This document shows, in pieces, positions 37,301 to 47,886 of a DNA stretch of 64,000 nt; the stretch's first letter is position 1, and each line of letters starts with the position of its first letter. This DNA comes from a virus, in IMG/VR virus record IMGVR_UViG_2675903591_000001, positions 5,429-69,428 of that record. The stretch is one strand, 5' to 3'. The notes under the pieces were generated by a model. It saw nothing but the letters and a program-made list of their open reading frames with translations. It did no database searches and was not told the DNA's origin. Made by a program: the position numbers and the translations under genes.

Positions 37301-37945
37301 ATGGATCTGAAACGTACACGCTGGGTTCGCCGCCTCGAAGATGGCACCTATACCATTGAGCCAGATAGCAAACTTAACTCCCAGAAAGAACTATGCGACC
37401 TCTGTGGGATTGCGTCAAAATGCCCAATCAATGAGGCACGGCACAAGTTCAAGGCTACAGGGGCTGACTTCCACTTAAATTCTTGTCTGCGGTATGTGCC
37501 ACTTATCGCGTTTCGTAAACCGATCATCGGATTGAATGAGCCTTACTTCAACACGCTCCGCAGCGGAGTTACCTGGGTGAACCGTGTAGAGCCAGGCAAA
37601 ATCGTGTGTCTGGTAGACGCAGCGAACGGAGAGCGCATCAGGTTCGCAAAAGTGGATCGAGTCTGTTCGGGGCCATACGAAGAAATGCTTCGCAAACATA
37701 GCCGATTCAACCACCTTTGCATGGGTGGTGAAAGCGTGGAAAAGGTTTCTGAAGTGATCCGCAAGTCCTATGGGCATTTTCTGAAGCCTGATAGTCAGCT
37801 GACGGCCATTTATCTGCGGAGCATCAGCCGTGAACATGACGTTGAGTATCACACGGATCATGAGCTTGAATTAGAAGATCCTCGTGCGAAAGCACCAGTG
37901 ATAGATATGGCCTCGCTTCGCAGAAAGCACGAGAAGACGATTTAA
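37301..37945 (+). CDS. hypothetical protein (214 aa from MDLKRT)
   Basis: ORF downstream of the origin. Confidence 0.5.
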   Translation: MDLKRTRWVRRLEDGTYTIEPDSKLNSQKELCDLCGIASKCPINEARHKFKATGADFHLNSCLRYVPLIAFRKPIIGLNEPYFNTLRSGVTWVNRVEPGKIVCLVDAANGERIRFAKVDRVCSGPYEEMLRKHSRFNHLCMGGESVEKVSEVIRKSYGHFLKPDSQLTAIYLRSISREHDVEYHTDHELELEDPRAKAPVIDMASLRRKHEKTI

Positions 37946-37956
37946 CCCCCTCCAAT

Positions 37957-37985
37957 GAGCGAACGTACCAGAAATTACGTTCGCC
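37957..37985. terminator. bidirectional hairpin GAGCGAACGTA-N-TACGTTCGC
   Basis: 9-bp stem between convergent genes. Confidence 0.5.
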
Positions 37986-38018
37986 CTCTTAGAGAAGCGC
38001 ACAGCGGGCTTGTGCTAT

Positions 38019-38387
38019 CTACCGCTCAATCAAATCGCCATCCCCATTCATCCACATGCCATCAGCCAAATAAACCCACTCATCTGGATCATCAGTGACT
38101 CGCAGATCTTCATAGAGTGAAGTCAGGTCGCTACCAACAATCATTTGTTTGTATTTGTTATAATTTCTCCGAACGTCGTAATAAGTTTCAACATCGTAAT
38201 CCTGTTCCCTCAGCTCATCATCTGAAGAGACATTTAGTGTTTTCTTTAGGCCTACTATGTTGAAGATCCATTTTAAGCCGTTTTTGACATAGTATGCCGA
38301 CGTATAGGCGTCCTCGTCTGGCACACGTTCATAACCAAGTTTTAATGCGATCTGAATTTGTTCAGTCACTGAAAGCACAATTGCCAT
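38019..38387 (-). CDS. hypothetical protein (122 aa), AT-rich - strand singleton
   Basis: ORF in reverse orientation with lower GC than its flanks. Confidence 0.5.
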   Translation of the reverse strand: MAIVLSVTEQIQIALKLGYERVPDEDAYTSAYYVKNGLKWIFNIVGLKKTLNVSSDDELREQDYDVETYYDVRRNYNKYKQMIVGSDLTSLYEDLRVTDDPDEWVYLADGMWMNGDGDLIER

Positions 38388-38607
38388 TTTGATCCCTATT
38401 ATGCTGTGTAAAACATCATCTTAGAGTCCCTTTGCTATGGAGTTAAGGAAATTAATATTTGTCCCTTTAGATGATAGGTAGTTAGCTACTTATAAATATT
38501 GCATAATAGCTAGCCTGCGAACCAACCCAATAGCCTGTAGCTCTGAATTGATGGCCTATTCAGTGTTGGTAACATTGCGTTGAATTTATAACAAGCTGGA
38601 AGAACAC

Positions 38608-39693
38608 ATGACTATACCGTATGGCGTGATCTCTGATCCCCACTACCACAACTGGAATACTTTCGCGGTTTCTGACGCCAACGGGCTTAATTCCCGCCTG
38701 GCCATTCTGCTTGAATCGACAAAGGAAGCTGCGATTGCCATCAAAGAGGCTGGCGCAAAGCATCTGCTTGTTGCAGGTGACACGTTCCATGTACGCGGCA
38801 CTATAACGCCATCTGTACTGCACTACGTGACGGAAACCTACAAGTGGATCATCAATGAGCTTGGCCTTGAAGTGGTCATGCTGGCCGGCAACCACGACCT
38901 CGAAACTAACGATTCTGTCTACAGCGCTAACGCAGCTGCCTCACTGCAGTCGATCGGGGTGCATATCGTTTGTGGGCAGCAGCCGTTCAGCATTGAAGTT
39001 GGTGATGTGAATGTTCATTTCATCAGCTGGCGTAACTCCCACGCCGAGCTTTTGAGTGATATGAAAGCGTTGCGAAATCGTCTTGAGGGCGACAACCACG
39101 ACATCATCATTCATACCTCAGTCAATAAAGCGATTCCGACCATGCCCGATGTGGGCATCGATGCGCAGGAGCTGAAGGACATTGGCTTCCGCCTGGTTTT
39201 GTCTGGTCATTACCATAACCACAAAGAAGTCCTGCCCGGAGTCGTCAGTGTAGGTGCGTTAACGCACCAGAATTGGGGCGATGTTGGAACTTTGGCCGGC
39301 TACATGATCGTACAGCCAGATGGCAGTTTTACCCAGCATGAAACCTCCGCTCCAAAGTTCGTCAACCTCGAAGAGGGCGTTGATGACAGCGAAGTACGCG
39401 GCAATTACGTTCGTTTCTACGCGACTATTGAAGCCGACGAAGAAGGCGTAAAGATAAAAAACACCCTCAACTCCATGGGCGCCAAAGGCGTCGTGTGCAA
39501 CTTCGTTCGTAAATCCTCAATGATGACCGGCTCCGCCAGCACTTCAGCTACGTCAAAGATAGATAGCCTTGGAGAGTCAGTAAGCGCTTACTGTCAGATT
39601 ATGCACGACACTGACGGCGGTTTTGATGTGAAGGCATTAGGCGCGCTTTGCAGCGACATCCTGCTTGAAGCGGAAACCGGAACTTCAGAATGA
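38608..39693 (+). CDS. sbcD: SbcD/Mre11-family nuclease
   Basis: calcineurin-like motifs GDTFHVRG, LAGNHD and GHYH. Confidence 0.8.
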   Translation: MTIPYGVISDPHYHNWNTFAVSDANGLNSRLAILLESTKEAAIAIKEAGAKHLLVAGDTFHVRGTITPSVLHYVTETYKWIINELGLEVVMLAGNHDLETNDSVYSANAAASLQSIGVHIVCGQQPFSIEVGDVNVHFISWRNSHAELLSDMKALRNRLEGDNHDIIIHTSVNKAIPTMPDVGIDAQELKDIGFRLVLSGHYHNHKEVLPGVVSVGALTHQNWGDVGTLAGYMIVQPDGSFTQHETSAPKFVNLEEGVDDSEVRGNYVRFYATIEADEEGVKIKNTLNSMGAKGVVCNFVRKSSMMTGSASTSATSKIDSLGESVSAYCQIMHDTDGGFDVKALGALCSDILLEAETGTSE

Positions 39694-39926
39694 TCACCGG
39701 CAAATACCAGTGGGCTGTAAATATCCTGAACAACGGAGGGACGGTCACACTCCATCGTTTTACATACCGCAGTGAACGAGTGCGCTACAAGCTCAACCGT
39801 CTTTATCGTGACGGAGTCTTAGATCGCGCTTTGTACAAAACTCACCTGGAGTTTCGTCTCAAGAAAGATCAGCCAAAGCTGACTAACCTGGCATCCAAAA
39901 TAAAACATACAGAGAAAAGCACATGA
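39690..39926 (+). CDS. small protein (78 aa) containing one isolated iteron copy
   Basis: ATGA-coupled between sbcD and sbcC. Confidence 0.4.
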   Translation: MITGKYQWAVNILNNGGTVTLHRFTYRSERVRYKLNRLYRDGVLDRALYKTHLEFRLKKDQPKLTNLASKIKHTEKST

Positions 39927-41839
39927 AATTTTTGTCAATGAAGGTTGAGAACTTCATGGCGCTGGCCGAAGCGGAAGTTGAACTCTCCGACCGCGGGCTG
40001 GTGCTGATCCAGGGTATCAACACTGACGACTCATCAGCTTCCAGCAATGGCGCTGGCAAGTCCACCCTCATGAACAGCTTAATGTGGTGCATCTATGGCG
40101 AAACTGCCCACGGTGTGAAGGGTGACGATGTTCTGTCAACGGGGAACGAGAAGAACTGTCGCGTTCAAGTGACCATAGAGGACGAAGGCAAAAAGTTCGC
40201 GATCATCCGTCACCGCAACCACAAAGAGTTTAAAAACCGTCTGATTGTTCGTGGTGAAGATGGCGACATGACTAAAGGCAAAGACACGCTTACGCAGGAG
40301 CTTGTCGAACGGCTGATTGGTGCATCGAAGGAAGTGTTCACCGCATCGATTTATGCAAGCCAAGAGGCTATGCCAGACCTGCCGGGCATGACTGACAAGA
40401 ACCTTAAAGCGATAGTGGAAGAAGCTGCTGGCGTTGACCGTTTGACCCGGGCGTATTCAATTGCTCGCGAACGAGCAAATGCAGCTGCCGCGCGGGTAGA
40501 TAACGTTAAGACCAAGATGGAAGGCACTCTGTCGCTGGTGGACTCAGCTGAAACAGAGCTGAAGTCTGCAAAGGCATCCTCAGAAGAGTGGGAAAAGAGC
40601 CGCAGCCAGCGTTTGGAAAAGTCCCGCGAAGATCTGACCGGCGCTGAAGTTGAGCTGGCAGAGGCGGAGCTGGAGCTGCGAACCATTCCAGAACAGATCC
40701 GCGATAAGCAGAACGCCATTACCGCAGAGCGTGAAAAACTGGCAACTAAAGATGAACACGACAAAAAGCTGGTTCGTGTCCGGGCTGTTATTTCCGAAGC
40801 GGAAGGCAACATCCGTTCCGCAGAGACGTTAAAAGCGTCAGCGGTTAAACGTGCCCACAATAACAAAGCGCAGGCTGATGCCATTGATTCCAAGGTTGGC
40901 ACTCCGTGCCCAACATGCGGAAAGGCTTATTGCAGCGAAGATTTATCAACCGTTAAGGAGAACTATATTGGCCAGGCACGCAGTGAAATTGCAGAAGCGC
41001 AGGCATCAGCAGCGACAGTGGCTGAACAGCAAGGCCGTCTTGATAAAGCGCGCGGCATCGAGCGAGCACTTATCGACGCAACACCAGACGTCTCAGCCAT
41101 CGTTGCCCGAATCCAGCAGCTGAATGGTGAGCTAAGCACCTTAAACAAGCGCTCCGGTGAGCTGGGTTTGCTTGAGACCACCTTCCGCCGCGCTAAGGCT
41201 GAAGTGGATCGTGTCATGGCAGAAGTGAATCCGTTTCTGGCGAGCATTACGCGCCATGAAGAGAGCCTGCGCGCCAATAAATCTAAATACGCAGAACTTA
41301 AAACAGAACTTAAAAACCATCAGGATCAGGCTCAGCTGCTTGAGAAAGCGCGACAGGTATATTCCCCAGCCGGTGTCCGTTCGCACATTCTCAGCTCAGT
41401 GACGCCGTTCCTGAACATGCGTACCGCCGAATATCTCAACACTCTGTCTGACGGCAATATCGTTGCTGAATGGTCAACTATGGAGACCACTAAGAAAGGT
41501 GAGATCCGCGACAAATTCAACATCAATGTGTCGAAAGCAGGTTCCAGCAAATCATTCATGGGTTTATCCGGTGGTGAGAAACGAAAGGTGCGAATTTCTT
41601 GCTCACTGGCATTGCAGGATCTGGTGGCCAGCCGCGCCAGCAAAAACATCCAGCTGTTTATCGGTGATGAAATTGACGATGCGCTGGACTCAGCAGGGCT
41701 TGAGCGCTTGATGGGCATCCTTGAAACCAAGGCGCGCGAGCGTGGCACCGTGATGATCATCAGTCACAAAGAAATGAAATCATGGTTCCGCGAAACTATC
41801 ACCGTTGAAGTGAAGGATGGCCGCAGTTATGTCAGTTAA
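39923..41839 (+). CDS. sbcC: SbcC/Rad50-family ATPase
   Basis: Walker A NGAGKSTL; long coiled coils; zinc-hook CPTCGKAYC; ABC signature LSGGEKRKV; Walker B FIGDEIDDALD. Confidence 0.8.
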   Translation: MKFLSMKVENFMALAEAEVELSDRGLVLIQGINTDDSSASSNGAGKSTLMNSLMWCIYGETAHGVKGDDVLSTGNEKNCRVQVTIEDEGKKFAIIRHRNHKEFKNRLIVRGEDGDMTKGKDTLTQELVERLIGASKEVFTASIYASQEAMPDLPGMTDKNLKAIVEEAAGVDRLTRAYSIARERANAAAARVDNVKTKMEGTLSLVDSAETELKSAKASSEEWEKSRSQRLEKSREDLTGAEVELAEAELELRTIPEQIRDKQNAITAEREKLATKDEHDKKLVRVRAVISEAEGNIRSAETLKASAVKRAHNNKAQADAIDSKVGTPCPTCGKAYCSEDLSTVKENYIGQARSEIAEAQASAATVAEQQGRLDKARGIERALIDATPDVSAIVARIQQLNGELSTLNKRSGELGLLETTFRRAKAEVDRVMAEVNPFLASITRHEESLRANKSKYAELKTELKNHQDQAQLLEKARQVYSPAGVRSHILSSVTPFLNMRTAEYLNTLSDGNIVAEWSTMETTKKGEIRDKFNINVSKAGSSKSFMGLSGGEKRKVRISCSLALQDLVASRASKNIQLFIGDEIDDALDSAGLERLMGILETKARERGTVMIISHKEMKSWFRETITVEVKDGRSYVS

Positions 41840-42545
41840 TGAGCTGAGTTACATCCAGTTCCGGCAAGTGGTTTCTGTACTGGCATCCATTAACCTCCTG
41901 TCGGATTACGTGGACGAGCCGGTACGGCCTAAGTGGTACTTTGAGCTAAGCGAGGTAGATGACGCGCAGCGCGCCGCGTTAACGGAGTTGCTTGACGCCA
42001 GCCCGGTCATGACGACGCTGACGCATGAAAGCAACACAAAGCCGCTTATGATCAACTTAGCAGATCCGAGCGGCTATCTGCCTCGCGAGTGCGGTCTGGT
42101 CACTCTGAGTGACGTAAACACGTTGACCATGAGTATTGGCGACCCGTCACTGTATCTGGATAGCCAGCAAATCAGCGCGTTCAACACTTTTATCCGCCGT
42201 CTAAAAAACAAATCGGAGCTGGTGGCCAGCGGTGGCACTGCATTCGAAAGCGTTGCTATCAAATTCGAAGAAGGTGATGACCTCATCCGAAACACTATTG
42301 TTGAGTTTAAGGATGGCAAAGGTGAGACCATTTTTGTCGCTGACGGCGATACACATGAAAATGTTAAGCACAATCTGCCGAAGAACTACTTAAGTGAATT
42401 GTGTGAGTTCGTTGCGCAAACAATGATGACCTCAGAGGATGATGATTCATTGTTCAATGAGCTGCTGGGCGTACCATCAAGAAGCCAGCAAAAAGAAGAA
42501 CCGGTTAAAACGCAGGAAGCCCACCCTCAGTGGGGAACATGGTAA
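41817..42545 (+). CDS. hypothetical protein (242 aa)
   Basis: ORF. Confidence 0.5.
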   Translation: MAAVMSVNELSYIQFRQVVSVLASINLLSDYVDEPVRPKWYFELSEVDDAQRAALTELLDASPVMTTLTHESNTKPLMINLADPSGYLPRECGLVTLSDVNTLTMSIGDPSLYLDSQQISAFNTFIRRLKNKSELVASGGTAFESVAIKFEEGDDLIRNTIVEFKDGKGETIFVADGDTHENVKHNLPKNYLSELCEFVAQTMMTSEDDDSLFNELLGVPSRSQQKEEPVKTQEAHPQWGTW

Positions 42546-42554
42546 GGAGACCAT

Positions 42555-43124
42555 ATGAGTAAGTTGATTAAAATCGTCGGGTTAGACCCCAGCATGAGTA
42601 ACTTTGGTATCGCTGCCGGCACACTCGATCTGGACACCAATGAAGTTAAGGTCACGCGCTTTGAGCTGGCTGAAACGAAGGCCGGTGGCAAGAAGAAAAC
42701 GGTTCGCGTGAACAGCGACGATCTGCGCCGCGCTGGTGAGATTTGGGCGAAAGCAAAGCCAATGATTGATGAGGCACATATCGTTTTTGCTGAGCTGCCG
42801 GTGGGTAGCCAATCGTCTCGTGCTCAAACCAGCTATGGCATTTGCATCGGCGTTCTGGCAAGCATTCAAAAGGCGTTAATTCAGATCACCCCTGACGAAA
42901 TCAAGAAGTATGTCGGCGGTAAAGCGAGTGTTGCCAAAGAGGACATCATTGAGTGGGCTATTCAGGAGCAACCAGACGCCCCCTGGCTGCGTCACAAGTC
43001 CAAAGGTGAAATGGTGCTGACCGGCAAGAATGAGCATCTTGCTGACGCTGTAGCGGCGATTTACGTCGGTTTAGATACTGATCAATTCAAGCAGGTGGTA
43101 AGCGTACTGAAAGCAATTTTATGA
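42555..43124 (+). CDS. RuvC-family Holliday junction resolvase-like nuclease
   Basis: N-terminal IVGLDPSMSNFGIA (catalytic Asp), FAELPV (Glu) and HLADAVAAIYVGL (Asp) arranged in the RuvC-like RNase H fold order. Confidence 0.6.
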   Translation: MSKLIKIVGLDPSMSNFGIAAGTLDLDTNEVKVTRFELAETKAGGKKKTVRVNSDDLRRAGEIWAKAKPMIDEAHIVFAELPVGSQSSRAQTSYGICIGVLASIQKALIQITPDEIKKYVGGKASVAKEDIIEWAIQEQPDAPWLRHKSKGEMVLTGKNEHLADAVAAIYVGLDTDQFKQVVSVLKAIL

Positions 43125-43135
43125 TTTATCGTTGA

Positions 43136-43153
43136 TAGGTAGTCAACTACCTA
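43136..43153. repeat. TAGGTAGT-CA-ACTACCTA palindrome family member upstream of nrdA
   Basis: perfect 8-bp arms. Confidence 0.6.
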
Positions 43154-43201
43154 CTATCATGACGGCCACTATATGTAGTGGCCTTTTTATTGGGAAAACA
43201 C

Positions 43202-45526
43202 ATGATTAACATCCAGAAACGTGACGGGCGATCGGAGCCACTGAGCGAAGAAAAGTACAACCGCGTGGTAATGTGGGCGGTCGAAGGCGTTGAAAACGTC
43301 AGTGCATCAGCCATTGCCCTCGGTGCTTCTGCCAGCATTTTTGACGGCATGACCACCAGCCAGTTGCATGAGGCGCTGGTGAAAGCCGCAGCTGACTTGA
43401 TCAGCCCGGAAACTCCGAACTACTCCCAGGTTGCAGCCCGTCTTAATCTGTTCAAAATGCGCAAAGATGCGTTTGGTCAGTACGAATACCCCGACCTGTA
43501 CATGCACATCGTGAACCTCGTTAATCGTGGCATTTACGATGAAGATCTGTTGAAACGCTATCATCCAAACGAAATTAACGAGCTGGGCAAATATCTCGAT
43601 ACCGCTCGCGATGATCTGTTTGGCTACGCGGCCACCGTGCAGCTGCAGGGCAAATATCTTGTCCAGAACCGCGTCACTGGAAAAATTCACGAAGCACCGC
43701 AACACATTTATATGCTGGTGGGTATGTGTCTGTTCCAGGATTGGCAGGACGGCACCAGTGGTAAAACTCGTCTGGAAATGGTCAAAGGCTTCTATGATGT
43801 CACCAGTACATTCAAGCTCTCATTGCCAACCCCAATCATGGCAGGCGTTCGCACACCGACGCGCCAGTTCTCAAGCTGCGTACTGATTGAATCTGGCGAC
43901 AGTCTGAAAGCCATTAATGGTACAGCTGCCGCGATCGTCGATTACGTTTCTCAACGTGCCGGCATCGGCATTAGCTTTGGCCGCATCCGTGCGCTGGGAA
44001 GCGAAATCCGTGGTGGCGAAGCGACCCACACTGGCGTTATCCCCTTCCTGAAGCATTTCCAGACAGCCGTTAAATCCTGTTCGCAGGGCGGTGTCCGTGG
44101 CGGCGCAGCTACTGCGTATTATCCGTTCTGGCATCTGGAAACTGAAAGCCTGCTGGTGCTGAAAAACAACCGCGGTGTGGATGAGAACCGTGTACGTCAT
44201 CTTGACTACGGTGTGTTGCTGAACCGTCTGATGTACCGCCGTCTTATTCGTGAAGAGAACATCACTCTGTTTAGCCCGAATGATGTGCCTGGTCTGTATG
44301 ACGCTTATTTCGAAGATCAGGATCTGTTCGAAGAGCTTTACCTGAAATACGAAGCTGACCCGGCTATTCGCAAGAAGAGTGTTTCCGCCGTTGAGCTGTT
44401 CTCTTCCATGATGCAGGAGCGCGCCTCTACCGGTCGTATTTATATCGGCAACGCTGACCACATGAATGAGCATAGCTCCTTCATCCAGAGCATTGCGCCA
44501 GTGCGTATGTCAAACCTGTGTGCTGAGATTACGCTGCCAACCAAACCGCTGGTGAAAACAGACGATCCCAACGGCGAGATCGCTCTTTGCACACTGTCAG
44601 CGTTTAACCTCGGCGCCATCGATTCTCTGGGTGACCTGCAGGAAGTCGCATTCTTTGCAGTCGCGGCACTCGACTCACTGCTTGATTACCAAAACTACCC
44701 AATGGAAGCCGCAGAGCGTGGAGCAAAAGCGCGCCGCAGCTTGGGTATTGGTGTAACCAACTTTGCGTATTACCTGGCGAAGAATGGCTTTAAATACTCC
44801 GATCTTGAAGGCAACAAGCTGGTTCACGAAACGTTTGAAGCGATTCAGTATTACCTTCTGGACGCCAGCTGCAAATTAGCTGAAGCGAAAGGCGCGTGTG
44901 AGTGGTTCGACGAAACCAAATACTCTCTCGGCCAGCTGCCAATTGACCACTATCGCAAGTCCCTGGATGGTCAGGAGATCAATGCGAAGCATCCGCTGCT
45001 ACTCCCATGGGAACAGCTGCGCCACCGCATCAAAGTGCATGGTCTGCGTAACTCTACGCTGACAGCTCAGATGCCGTGCGAAACGTCGAGCCAGATCACC
45101 AACTCAACGAACGGCATCGAGCCGCCGCGCGGGGCTGTGTCCATCAAATCCTCCAAAGAAGGCGCCATCAAAATGGTTGTGCCTGATTTTGAGAACCTGA
45201 AAGGGCAATACGAATACCTGTGGGATATGCCGAGTAACTACGGCTATCTGACCAAAGTGGCGATCATTCAGAAGTTCTTCGACCAGTCTATTTCGACCAA
45301 CACGAACTATGATCCTGAGCGCTTCCCTAATGGCAAAGTCCCAATGGAAACGCTGCTTGATGATCTGCTCACCGCCTACCAGCTGGGCATCAAAACTCTC
45401 TATTACCACAACACGCGCGACGGTGCCGGCCAAACGGAAGACACCAGCGATGTGAGCAGCGCGCCCCAGGCTATTCAAGAGCCAATTCTTGACGACGAGC
45501 CTGATTGCGACACCTGCACCATCTAA
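43202..45526 (+). CDS. nrdA: class I ribonucleotide reductase large subunit
   Basis: N-terminal ATP-cone (QKRDGRSEPL...); RNR catalytic core; C-terminal Cys pair CDTC; start at the GGAAAACACATG context. Confidence 0.9.
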   Translation: MINIQKRDGRSEPLSEEKYNRVVMWAVEGVENVSASAIALGASASIFDGMTTSQLHEALVKAAADLISPETPNYSQVAARLNLFKMRKDAFGQYEYPDLYMHIVNLVNRGIYDEDLLKRYHPNEINELGKYLDTARDDLFGYAATVQLQGKYLVQNRVTGKIHEAPQHIYMLVGMCLFQDWQDGTSGKTRLEMVKGFYDVTSTFKLSLPTPIMAGVRTPTRQFSSCVLIESGDSLKAINGTAAAIVDYVSQRAGIGISFGRIRALGSEIRGGEATHTGVIPFLKHFQTAVKSCSQGGVRGGAATAYYPFWHLETESLLVLKNNRGVDENRVRHLDYGVLLNRLMYRRLIREENITLFSPNDVPGLYDAYFEDQDLFEELYLKYEADPAIRKKSVSAVELFSSMMQERASTGRIYIGNADHMNEHSSFIQSIAPVRMSNLCAEITLPTKPLVKTDDPNGEIALCTLSAFNLGAIDSLGDLQEVAFFAVAALDSLLDYQNYPMEAAERGAKARRSLGIGVTNFAYYLAKNGFKYSDLEGNKLVHETFEAIQYYLLDASCKLAEAKGACEWFDETKYSLGQLPIDHYRKSLDGQEINAKHPLLLPWEQLRHRIKVHGLRNSTLTAQMPCETSSQITNSTNGIEPPRGAVSIKSSKEGAIKMVVPDFENLKGQYEYLWDMPSNYGYLTKVAIIQKFFDQSISTNTNYDPERFPNGKVPMETLLDDLLTAYQLGIKTLYYHNTRDGAGQTEDTSDVSSAPQAIQEPILDDEPDCDTCTI

Positions 45527-45617
45527 AGCGTGGGGCAGCCGCCCCACCGTCTCCAATCAATTGAACACCTGTGCCAGCGCATCACAATGCTGGCACGTAA
45601 AACAACGAGGAAAACAC

Positions 45618-46751
45618 ATGAGCCAATATTCAACGTTCCGGCTTGGGGCGAACGACGCGACAAAAGAACCTATGTTCCTTGGCCTGTCAGTAAACGTATC
45701 TCGCTATGACCAGCAAAAATATCGCCTGTTTGAGAAGCTGATCGAGAAGCAGCTCTCTTTCTTCTGGCGCCCTGAAGAAGTGGACATTTCTAAAGATCGC
45801 ATTGAGTTCAACAACAAACTGCAACCGCATGAGCGACACATCTTCCTGAGCAACCTCCGTTACCAAACTCTGCTGGACTCCGTACAGGGTCGCAGCCCGA
45901 ACGCTACACTGCTGCCGCTGGCGTCCATTCCAGAGCTGGAGACGTGGATTGAAACGTGGTCATTCTCAGAGACAATTCATAGCCGCAGCTACACGCACAT
46001 CATTCGTGGCATGGTCGATAACCCGGCTGAAATTTTCGACGGCATTGTGAGCGATGAAGAAATTGTGAGCCGCGCCGCATCGGTTACTGAGCAGTATGAC
46101 GCCCTGTATCAGCTGATCTGCGCTCGCGAGTATCTATCAGAGCAGGAAGGCCGTTTTGGTGAGATTTATGGCGAACTTGCCATGGAGAAACAGGTTTACC
46201 GCACCTTGGTAGCTGTAAACGCTCTGGAGGCAATCCGCTTCTATGTCAGCTTCGCCTGCACGTTTTCTTTTGGTGAGCGTGGACTACTGGAAGGCAATAC
46301 AAAAATTATGCGCTTCATCGCGCGTGATGAGGCTCTGCATTGTCACTCTACAGAAATGATGATCAAGTACATGCGCGTCGGCAAAGAGGGTGAGCAGTGG
46401 AAGGCTGTGGCTGATGAGCTTGAGCCCTTTGTTTACCAGACCATGAAGGACGTGGCTGAGCAGGAGATGCGCTGGGCAGAACACCTTTTCAAAGATGGCT
46501 CTATGATCGGCCTCAATGCAGAAATCCTGAAGCAGTATGTGAAATATCGCACTAACGTTAGCCTGCGTCGCATGGGGCTTAAGCCAATTTTCGAAGATGC
46601 TTTGAATGATCCACTGCCGTGGATGAACAAATGGCTGCTGAGTGACCAGGTGCAAGTGGCGCCGCAAGAAGTTGAGGTTGGCTCATATCTGGTTGGGCAG
46701 ATCGACTCAACGGTGAGTTCGAAGAGCCTGAAGAAGTTCGCCGACATTTGA
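45618..46751 (+). CDS. nrdB: class I ribonucleotide reductase small subunit
   Basis: di-iron ligand motifs SETIHSRSY and ARDEALH; start taken at the GGAAAACACATG context, not the track's upstream Met. Confidence 0.85.
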   Translation: MSQYSTFRLGANDATKEPMFLGLSVNVSRYDQQKYRLFEKLIEKQLSFFWRPEEVDISKDRIEFNNKLQPHERHIFLSNLRYQTLLDSVQGRSPNATLLPLASIPELETWIETWSFSETIHSRSYTHIIRGMVDNPAEIFDGIVSDEEIVSRAASVTEQYDALYQLICAREYLSEQEGRFGEIYGELAMEKQVYRTLVAVNALEAIRFYVSFACTFSFGERGLLEGNTKIMRFIARDEALHCHSTEMMIKYMRVGKEGEQWKAVADELEPFVYQTMKDVAEQEMRWAEHLFKDGSMIGLNAEILKQYVKYRTNVSLRRMGLKPIFEDALNDPLPWMNKWLLSDQVQVAPQEVEVGSYLVGQIDSTVSSKSLKKFADI

Positions 46752-46833
46752 TGAATTTACGTGTTGGATGCCTACGTCCAACACGTTACTATGTTGAAAA
46801 TAAAGTGATTGTTTATATAAATAAGGAAACAAG

Positions 46834-47691
46834 ATGTTTACTGGCATTATGGACAAAGTGAAGCTGTTCGGTGACAAAGTTGTCGGCTTCAAGCCAGATC
46901 TTTACGAGCTGCATCCGGGTTATGGCGATCATACTCTGGACATCTATGAGATGGTTAACCAATTCCACGGGCTGTTTCAGCATCCTCAGCGTATAGCTGC
47001 AACACCGGCGCTGCTTCGCTTACGTGCAAAACTTATTCGCGAAGAAGCTGTTGAAGAAGGCATCCCAGCTGCCGATAACTCAAATTTAGAGAAGATATTG
47101 GATGCGATGGCCGACTTCCTCTATGTCGGTATTGGCACTATGGTGGCGATCCGCGGCGGCGCACCTATGGGGATGAGTATTTATACCCAGGATCAAAGCG
47201 TAGGTCGATTCCATGAGACTTTGTCTATGACTTCCGCAGCGATCGATGATGTGAAGCTACCGTTTTATGAAGCTGGCAAAGTCGCTGATGAGCTTGAGGC
47301 TCTTGCGACTAAAATTGAGTCAGAGAATTTGTCAGAAGGTGCTCTTATTAACGAGCTGCGCCGAGTCCTGAACATGCTTTATGTCGCCTGCAGCATGACC
47401 TATCGCCTGGCTGATTTAATGGACATCAACATTGTAGAGCTGGTGGCGGAAGTTCACCGTTCCAACATGACGAAGCTGTGGCCGGGTGACGATGCAGAGC
47501 GGGCTGTGGCGGTGGATCGCTGCCAGTACGACCATTCAGATCTGGGCTTCCGTGCTTGTGAAGGTACTGATTTAAGAATCGGATTCCGCATCTCAGATGG
47601 CAAAATCCTCAAGTCACCAACCTACAGTGAAGCTGATCTGGTTGGCTTTGTTGCGACGGCTAAGACGTCTACTATTGTGAAGGAATTATGA
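46834..47691 (+). CDS. MazG-like nucleoside triphosphate pyrophosphohydrolase (all-alpha NTP-PPase)
   Basis: helical; acidic EExxEE and D-rich motifs consistent with the MazG/HisE fold; low certainty. Confidence 0.45.
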   Translation: MFTGIMDKVKLFGDKVVGFKPDLYELHPGYGDHTLDIYEMVNQFHGLFQHPQRIAATPALLRLRAKLIREEAVEEGIPAADNSNLEKILDAMADFLYVGIGTMVAIRGGAPMGMSIYTQDQSVGRFHETLSMTSAAIDDVKLPFYEAGKVADELEALATKIESENLSEGALINELRRVLNMLYVACSMTYRLADLMDINIVELVAEVHRSNMTKLWPGDDAERAVAVDRCQYDHSDLGFRACEGTDLRIGFRISDGKILKSPTYSEADLVGFVATAKTSTIVKEL

Positions 47692-47772
47692 AGATGCGCC
47701 TTGTAGTTAAATGGCTATAAAGGTATATTTGATTCTTATGCGAAATAAACCTTATCAGAATATCTGATTTAT

Positions 47773-47800
47773 AGACGCCCTTCTGGGCGTCTTTTTTTTT
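47773..47800 (+). terminator. terminator AGACGCCC-TTCT-GGGCGTCT plus T9
   Basis: perfect stem with a long T-run. Confidence 0.75.
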
Positions 47801-47886
47801 GCTTTTAAGTTATAGGGTTGCTTTGATGGCGCTCTTTTTTTACTTATTATAAGATAGGTATTCACCTACCTATCAAAGAAACCAAG

